DNA from: Orbicella franksi | Taxonomy: Eukaryota | DNA length: 64,000 bases | Direction: 5' to 3' | Assembly (NCBI GenBank): GCA_964199315.1 | Contig: OZ116712.1 | Coordinates: 5,084,001-5,148,000, forward strand | Part shown: positions 56,701-64,000 of the stretch, one piece after another | Numbering within the stretch: the first letter of the stretch is position 1 | How the letters are laid out: each line of letters opens with the position of its first letter | Made by a program: the position numbers and the translations under genes | Notes under the pieces: model-generated | Told to the model about the DNA's origin: nothing | What the model saw: the letters and a program-made list of their open reading frames with translations, nothing else | Databases searched by the model: none

Positions 56701-59700
56701 CAATTTATCTTCTTTTAATCTTCATTCAGTTCGTGCGCATTTTGCTCTAAAGTTGTTGGCGTTTGTTCATATCTGCTGCTCTTGTTTTCTTATTTCCAGA
56801 GTTTTTTCCCTCCCTCGCCTCACCACTCACTGCCTCGTCGACGATTTTGCTCTCGCTCCAATTAACGCGCGGCCAAAATGCGGAAAAGCTCTTCATACGG
56901 AAACACTCGCTACGCAGGCTAATTACAATCCTAAAAAAGTGAAGAGAATTAACGTAAAATGAAATTTTCTCCTGGCTTCACCTTTACCCACGTGGTACAA
57001 TTGGCAGGATTGAATTCCAGAAATTTCTCGTACAGCTTACGGCAGCGGTCAAACTCGCGAAGCTGTTAAAAAAAAAAGAAAGAAATACATGGTATAGTTT
57101 TTGGTAGACTGCGATCAGCCTCACTTTTGCTCACAATCTACAGAGAAGAATGCTGAAGCTGATCGAACGAGCACGATATACGAGCTACTGGCCCCTCCAA
57201 TATCGTGTTCGTTCGCTCAGTGTTTTGCTATTCCCAGCGGATTTTAAAGCAAAAGAGAGATTGCTTAAAGTCACAGTTTTTTGTTGCTGCTGCAAAGTAT
57301 GGCTAAAGATATACAGCTGTAGAAAAGAATCAAAGAACTTTATGCAGGGCCAACACTTGCTTCAGATACATATGTACCTTAAAGTTTTGTTCCAGTAAAA
57401 GAAATTTCAGTAATGGCATGATAAGTAGTGTTTTTCTGACCTGCAACTCGAGACCAATGTATTCGCGGAAAAGTCGGTCCTTGGGACATTTGCCAATAGC
57501 TGTACCCTGCAAAAGTGAAATAAACAAGTTAACAGGAATGAAACTTTTCACCATTGTGCTCTACGAAATGACCACTGTTGCCCAAAAACACAACACAATG
57601 AAGAAGGTCCGAGCTCGAACCCGGACTGTCCAAACCATTAGTCATTAGCGATACCCACAAAGCCTCTCTCTCGCACTGCATGAAAAATCCACATCTAAAA
57701 ACTGTTTTCTTTTGACTTCAAGGAGCTACCTCACGGTTTGCCAACCTTGACGAATTAAGCCTAAATTTTTCAAGTTTGTCGTTTGTACTCCAGGTCAATC
57801 TTCTCCCTCATTACCATCCTTGTTGCTTTATGGTTTATTATTATCTCTTTGGTATTTTTATATATTGGTTAACTATTATTTTCCGGTTTCCTACAATTTA
57901 AAGGTAGTTTTGTAAGTGGCCAAAATAACTTTTAAAAAATAAGGTGACTGACGTATGGATGGATGATGGATGCTTTATTTAGCAAAATATGCCTCGCTAG
58001 ACGCGGCTAGTTTACAGATATCCCATTGAGCTTCTTTAAGCATGATTTGGGATCTCCATTTCAAAAGAACTTTAAAGCTAGCAAAAAAAAAAATCGCTAC
58101 TGAACTCACCAGCGCCTGTCGAGCGGCTTTGAGATCTTTCTGACGAATTTCAAATTGGGCGTAGAGCAGCCATACTTTTCCAAACGTAAACTGAAGCCAA
58201 AAACAACACAAAAGTTTATCAGCACTTTATAATTAATAAAACGTGATCACTTCAATGAAATCCTCGAAGAAGACCTAAACTTGTCAGAGCTTGAAAGTGA
58301 AAAGTGCTTGGAGTTCAACGGCGTCTTTTCTACATGGAAATACTGCAGTTACTTTAGTGGTCACACCTTTCTATCAATGAAGGAGGGTTACGTGACGGAA
58401 GTAACGGCCGTTGGAGATGAGTTAGGTCAGCGATAAGCTGGAAAATATACGCTTTTCTATCGTCACGCGTTTTCAATGGTTAGGAAGAACCCTCCAAGGA
58501 CGTTATACTTCAATTCGAGCCGATCCCTAGTTACAGACAATTAATAAAACGAACGAACCGTTGTGACAAAATTCCTAATTCAAGGTCAGGTACTTTACCT
58601 TTTTATGTGGTATAAGTTCCAAACAAGCTCGGTACACTTGTCTTGTTCGGTCCATATCCTATAAATCAAAAATCATCAAATGATTAATTCTTCTTAATGA
58701 CTGCCACGAAGTTCTGTAAACGCCAGTTATGATAAATTGATGATGCAGTGGATAGTTTATAAAGAGCCACGGTTTTCATTTTCTTGTCAGAGGATGTCGC
58801 CTATTAACACTGCCACTAGGTTACGTCAAAGAACGTTTCTAGACAACGTGGCCTTTCCCTCCCGCCCCACAATAATGCGTCAGCTGTCCGGTACTCGGGT
58901 CATTTTTAATTGGATAACAGTCGTCGGTATCCACTCGGAAGCTTTACGAAGGTGTCATGTAGCGAGGCCTTCCATTTTAACGCATTTGTATCTGGGTTTT
59001 TTTTTTTTTTTTTTTTTTTAATTTTTTAATTTGTAAAGTTAACACTAACAACAAGAACAAAGTAAACATAGTTTTGAGTTTTTCAATTTCAGATACCGCT
59101 ATAAAACGCTCAATTTTCTTTTTCGCCGCTAACTGGAGAGGATTTGCACCAGATTTTCGAACCAGAGGAAACTTTTCGTCGGCTATTATACTACGGTGCT
59201 TTTAATTGACGAAACAAATTCCTTAAATTAATAAACTTAACTTACCTTTGCAATAAGCTCTTCATACAACGCATAGTTAATCCACAAGTAGATGTACCGT
59301 CTCCACAATCGCTTTTCCTCAGCGGGTGGCACATTAGCTATCGCTCGCTCGTACACCTCCCTCACGGAGTCTGGGTCCGATTCACTTTCCATCAAGCGGA
59401 GGTAGTCGAACCACGCGTCATAATTATTTGGGTTCGTCTTGACTTCCTGGTAGTAAAATTCAGCATTGCTGTCAGTTATGAAGAAAGCAAAATTCCCCGA
59501 CTTTTCACGGAATAAAAAACAGTTTTTGCCTACTATTATAGGCTACGCTACGCTACTATTATAGGCTACGCTGCTCAAACGAAAAGTAGCCAAAATTCTC
59601 TTGCACAAAACCATTTTCCCTGACGCAACAGTTTTCATTCCAAAAGCCAACTCCATGACTTTTCCTTTCATCGAAAATTTAGAGTAAGTTAATTTCTCCC

Positions 59701-62700
59701 GAAAATTCCCTGATCTACGAAAAAAATCGCTGATTTTTCCTCGAGTGTGGGATTCATGTCTCAACGAGGATGACCTGCGCGTTAATCGTTTGAATGAGCA
59801 CACGAACAAGAGGCAACTGCGTTTTACATGAAGCCCTGCATCTCGTAAAACTACTACGAAACAGCTCTGACCAACCAGGTACAAAAATCAGTGTTTACGA
59901 CCTCCCTTCAGTCAAAATAACATAGTTTCCCTTCAAAAAATAGCGCACTTAATCCAGAGTAATCGTTTGGCAAAACTCAAACTTTCCATCAACCTCACCT
60001 CTTCATATTGGAACTTTCTTTTGCTGACGATCACATCCTCGATTCCTCCTTTGTCACCGTACTTTTTCTCGTGTTGAGTGTAAGCCTTGTACAACTCCTG
60101 TAAATAATATGGTACAAAACAACTTAGCCTTTCTCCAAGTCCTTTGTGAAGGAAGAGCTTGCGTTCCTCGCTCTACGCTCTCGTATTTTGAGCACCGCAG
60201 TCACTTTTCTTGTACAACCAAGCTTGCCTTTCAGATCGGCTTATGGGCAAGTCTACACTCAACTGTTAGCCTACTTTAGCGTACTCAGGATTGACTGTTT
60301 AGTCAATCTTCCGGTTGTTCATTTTTTTTTTTTTTGGATATTTTGCGCGTTTATACTCACGATTGGCCGAAAAAAAACGGCCCATGCAGAAACATCTTTT
60401 GGAAAACTTTACCCCAGAAAGTCAAAATTGCCAAACAAAAATTAAACCTGGCGTTCGAATAGTTTGTTTCTCTCCTATTGTCAGTCTTTTGTTCATAGTT
60501 TCTCACATGCAGAAGCCCCGTTTATTATTATTTAGTTTAGCGCTATTCAAATATCCTTGGCGCAATGTGTCCGCAACATGAAAGTCAATAAAAAGTCTAG
60601 CCTGACTTGCGAACGACAAAGCTTTTTCCGCAAAGAAACTCTTCGCTCGTACGGTAATTCTTGCTACGCAGCTTAAGAAAATTACAAATTATGTTAACTT
60701 TTCTTCCTTCAATGCAATGTCTCACAACTGTGCCAGTAATAGCAATAATGGTTCCCAGTAAAGAACTGAAGTCAGAACAAATTGCAGAACATTCGTTTAG
60801 CACTTACTTGGCATTCCTCTTTCGGTAAAATTTGCAGAGCATATTGAAAAATCACCCTAACACGATCATGCTGTGGAATAAAACAACGCGACAATATGAG
60901 ATTTTTATTACTGTACCAATATTATTCGGACCTCTAGGTACTTTTTTTTTCGAATTGTAACAGCGTCAATGGCATACCTCCTTGCAGTTTTCTTCAAATT
61001 TCCCAAACGCAAGAAACAGTTTCTCGTCTGCATGTTCCTCTCCAAAGAACTCCACGGCTCTTTCATACACATCTCTTGCACCAACTGAAAGATGAAATAA
61101 GGCGGGTCTAACTTTTTAGTCTGTGGATGAAACCCTAGCGTGTGACCATTCAAATGAAAGCTATTTAGCAGTACTTTCATGTGGTACTGTTTATTACGCT
61201 GTACAAGGTGGTTCTAACTTTTAAGTCTGTGAATGAAACTCTAGTGTGTGACCATTCAAATGGAAGCTACTGAGCAGTAATTTCATGTGGTACTGTTTGC
61301 TACACTTTGCATAGTGACCCTAAAGTTTAACGCTACGATGAACTGAATTTAAAAGTGTGATTATTATCAAGTGTGAGACTAAATTTGCACCTTAAAACTC
61401 AGAATGTTTAATATAGTAGACACTGTACCTATATTTGACTGACGCTCCTCAAATTTGGCAAACTTCACCCAGTTTTTAACCTCCGGATGCACCATGACAT
61501 ATCTCTCATATATACTCCTCGCTCTATCAATCTCCTTATATCTGAGTTCCATGTTGATATACGAATGCCACGCCTGTTCATCAGGTTCCCATTCCATCCA
61601 CCGCTCAAAAACTTGCCGCGCACCTGCGACATTACTTAGCATCTCTTCCATGTATGTGTATTTGTACCTGCAAAGAAAAGGCATTGTGCATGTTGCTGTG
61701 TGTTTGCAAGTACGTGTATCAAGCTACTGTATACATGCATATTTGCTGCTAGAGAGGATGAAGGTTAAGACAGATTGAATTGATCTCTTGTATGGTCCTT
61801 ATTCCAAGGTAATCCCACTCCAGTCGTCCTGCAGAAATGTTACCTCATGCATTGCGTAAAGGTCTTCTTGGAGGAAGAAAATGCAACGTAAAGCCACTTG
61901 GGCTAACCGTGTGTGTAAAATTTGCGGCACCAGATCATCTATTTCTAGACTGGTCCTTCTGGGATTTGAAATATTTTAAATTTGATAAATCACAAATACA
62001 GTGGAACTCTGCCTTAAGGCCACCCCATCAATACAGCTACCTCGTTATTCCGGCCTCTTTATCCTGGCCTGAACAAAAGTTCAGTCAGTCATTTTTGTGT
62101 TTAATTAACCCTTTTTATACAGCCACCCTGTTAACATAGCCAGATTTTTGTGGCCCGTTGGTGACCAGATTAACGGAGTTGAACACTATATTTATAAGAG
62201 ATCTAAAAATAAATTAATCTTGAGGGATTACCCTAGGAATAAGGCCTACTGTAAAAGGAGGATTTCTTAATTATCCTTCTTCTTCTCTTTTTCTCTGCTA
62301 TTAAAATATAGTTGAAACCCTTGTAAGTGGATATCTCTGGGACCTAAAACATGTAGTGCCCACTTAGAAGAGGTGTCCATGCAAGTTTTTGTAAATAGCT
62401 GGGACCATGTCTGTCTGCTGATGGAAGGGGTCCTTCTTCTGGAGGTGTCTGTTAACAGGTTCAGCTGTCCCATAAATTACTTTATATTTAGTGCATTTCA
62501 CAACTTGGAAAAAACCTTTTCAAAAAATACCTTCCTCAGTTTGCACTAAAAACTAAAAAGCTTCCTTAAATTCACTAGTTGTCATCAAAGTCCTGTGTTG
62601 CAAGCCCATGATATTGCTAAACTAATGTTTTCACCTCTAACAACAAAATATTTTGCTTACCAGAACTGGTTCACTCTTGGCAAAATGGTCACTGCTCTGT

Positions 62701-63783
62701 CCCATATATTCCGAGCATGGTTGATCTGTCGATGCCTAAGGAAATTGAAAAACATATTCTCTGAAATTCAATATTGTCAAGAGCTAAGGTAGGTAAGGTA
62801 AAGCCTGCGTACGAGCCAAGTGGCCCATCAGGCTGGAGCTTATCCCGGTTTCTACAGCATGAAGCGACTAGGAGTATTTCTACTCCCCCCTGGATGGGAT
62901 GCTAGTCCATCGCAGGGTTACCCCCAGCATTAAGTTCGCCGGTACCCATTTATACACCTAGGTGGAGAGAGGCACTGTGAGAGTAAAGTGTCTTGCCCAA
63001 GAACACAACGCAATGTCCCCGGCCAGGGCTCGAACCCGGACCGCTCGATCCGGAGACGAGCGCACTAACCATGAGGCCACTCCGCCTCCCTTACAAGAGC
63101 TAAACCCACTTCAAAATACTTGACTACATATTGATAGGAGAAATGAAATGCTAAATTATCTTGGAGCTTAAAGTTTCATATACTGCTCAGGGCTGATTTG
63201 GTCTGCAAAGTTAAGAGGTTTGGATGTAGTCCGTGAGGGGATGGGGGGGGGACTCCAATATGAAAATGTCAGAGATGCTCGATGGAAAATTTGAATTAAA
63301 CCCCGAGACCAATCTGGCATGACTCAAGCTCTATTTGACCCGTAAAAGATACCATTTAAAATGGAATAAGCTCTATTACCAGCTGCTGTTCAGGAAGGGA
63401 GCCTGCACTAGTAGATCAGACTCGAGAGACCGACAGAAATGGAGCATAAAAATGGAAATGAGTTAGAGCGGTTTTTGCTGTTATTTCCTCGAGTGCACCC
63501 TAAAAGCTACTTTGACAGCTACATGTAAAAACAGTGGCGTTTCATCATCAACATCCTAAATAAGACCAGAATCCTTGATTTACATGTATACCCCTTAGTA
63601 AGACAATGAGCATTCCCGGCTTTTAATATGGAAGTTCCCCCCCAGGAATGCAGTACCTTCTAATTAGTACTTGAAAAATCGTCAAACAAACAAACTCACT
63701 TCATTTCCATCTCAGCATATTTCAGCCAGATGGTAATGTTCCGATGGTCCACATCTAAGGCTCTTTCATAAATGGAGCGTGCT
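50724..63783 (-). CDS. CRNKL1: Crooked neck-like HAT-repeat spliceosomal protein, 17 exons in window, 5' end outside window
   Basis: Exons (minus): 63783-63700, 62735-62661, 61667-61429, 61084-60978, 60870-60808, 60097-59999, 59446-59246, 58658-58599, 58190-58110, 57506-57441, 57062-56982, 56381-56289, 54127-54026, 53726-53662, 53263-53173, 52939-52847, 50843-50724. Diagnostic peptides [62 protein letters not shown]. Confidence 0.96.
54366..54437 (-). tRNA. trnH-GUG: tRNA-His (GUG), intronic in CRNKL1
   Basis: Minus strand GCCGCGATCGTCTAGTGGTTAGGACACTGCGTTGTGGCCGCAGTAACCCAGGTTCGAATCCTGGTCCCGGCA. 72 nt, A/B boxes, anticodon GTG, followed by T-runs (Pol III terminator). One C:C mismatch in the acceptor stem. 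Confidence 0.9.
55130..55771. mobile_element. Harbinger-like MITE interrupted by a retroelement 3' fragment (about 55440-55718)
   Basis: The MITE sequence breaks after CCGTAGAAA and resumes at TAAAGCTGCG. The insert starts with a (TACAT)n tail. Confidence 0.75.
61105..61300. repeat. 106-bp repeat, about 1.8 units, inverse of the 29290-29700 array
   Basis: CTAACTTTT recurs at 61108 and 61214. Confidence 0.85.
62788..63093 (-). mobile_element. Full-length SINE family B with 10-bp TSD
   Basis: TSD CAAGAGCTAA at 62778-62787 and 63094-63103; tRNA-like head; (TACC)n-type tail. Confidence 0.9.
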
Positions 63784-64000
63784 CTGAAAGGTAAACAATA
63801 CATAAAAGCTATTAACCATAAAAATAATAAAAATTTAATTGACAAATGTGCCTAATGTATTTAGACTAAGTTAAGTGCAACTCAATATTGCAAGCCAGCA
63901 GTCTTCCTCAGGGTGGTGTGTGCGGTGGCCGGGGGATTTGTGCAGGGGCAGAGTGATTTTACATCTCGGCTTCGGATGTCAAGTTTTTTGCTGCTGGACA

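Noticed and set aside
59530-59572. 23-bp direct duplication as an element footprint
   Set aside because: A simple local tandem duplication with no element between the copies.

Overview
Eukaryotic, intron-rich, repeat-rich animal genomic DNA. It is probably a stony coral or other cnidarian, inferred from the repeat landscape and the protein sequences, not from a database search. Four spliced protein genes were reconstructed by hand, with GT-AG junctions and reading frames checked across every exon. (1) + strand 385-23449, 5'-truncated: at least 10 fibronectin type III exons fused to an iGluR-like module (S1-M1-pore-M3-S2-M4-tail) whose pore loop carries a K+-channel filter, TTLGYGD. (2) - strand 37150-25496: DNA polymerase eta (POLH, 9 coding exons, 694 aa). 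(3) + strand 37951-49079: ASPP-family p53 regulator (11 exons, 1551 aa), head-to-head with POLH. (4) - strand 63783-50724: crooked neck (CRNKL1, 17 exons, 5'-truncated), with an intronic tRNA-His. POLH intron 1 holds a complete 3.2-kb pogo/Tigger transposon with TIRs, a TA target duplication and a disabled DD30D transposase; it also carries a divergent, spliced HIRAN-domain cargo gene. SINEs, MITEs, satellites, an RTE LINE fragment and one 152-N gap fill the introns. The top leads are the FN3 / K+-filter iGluR-like channel and the HIRAN-carrying pogo element.
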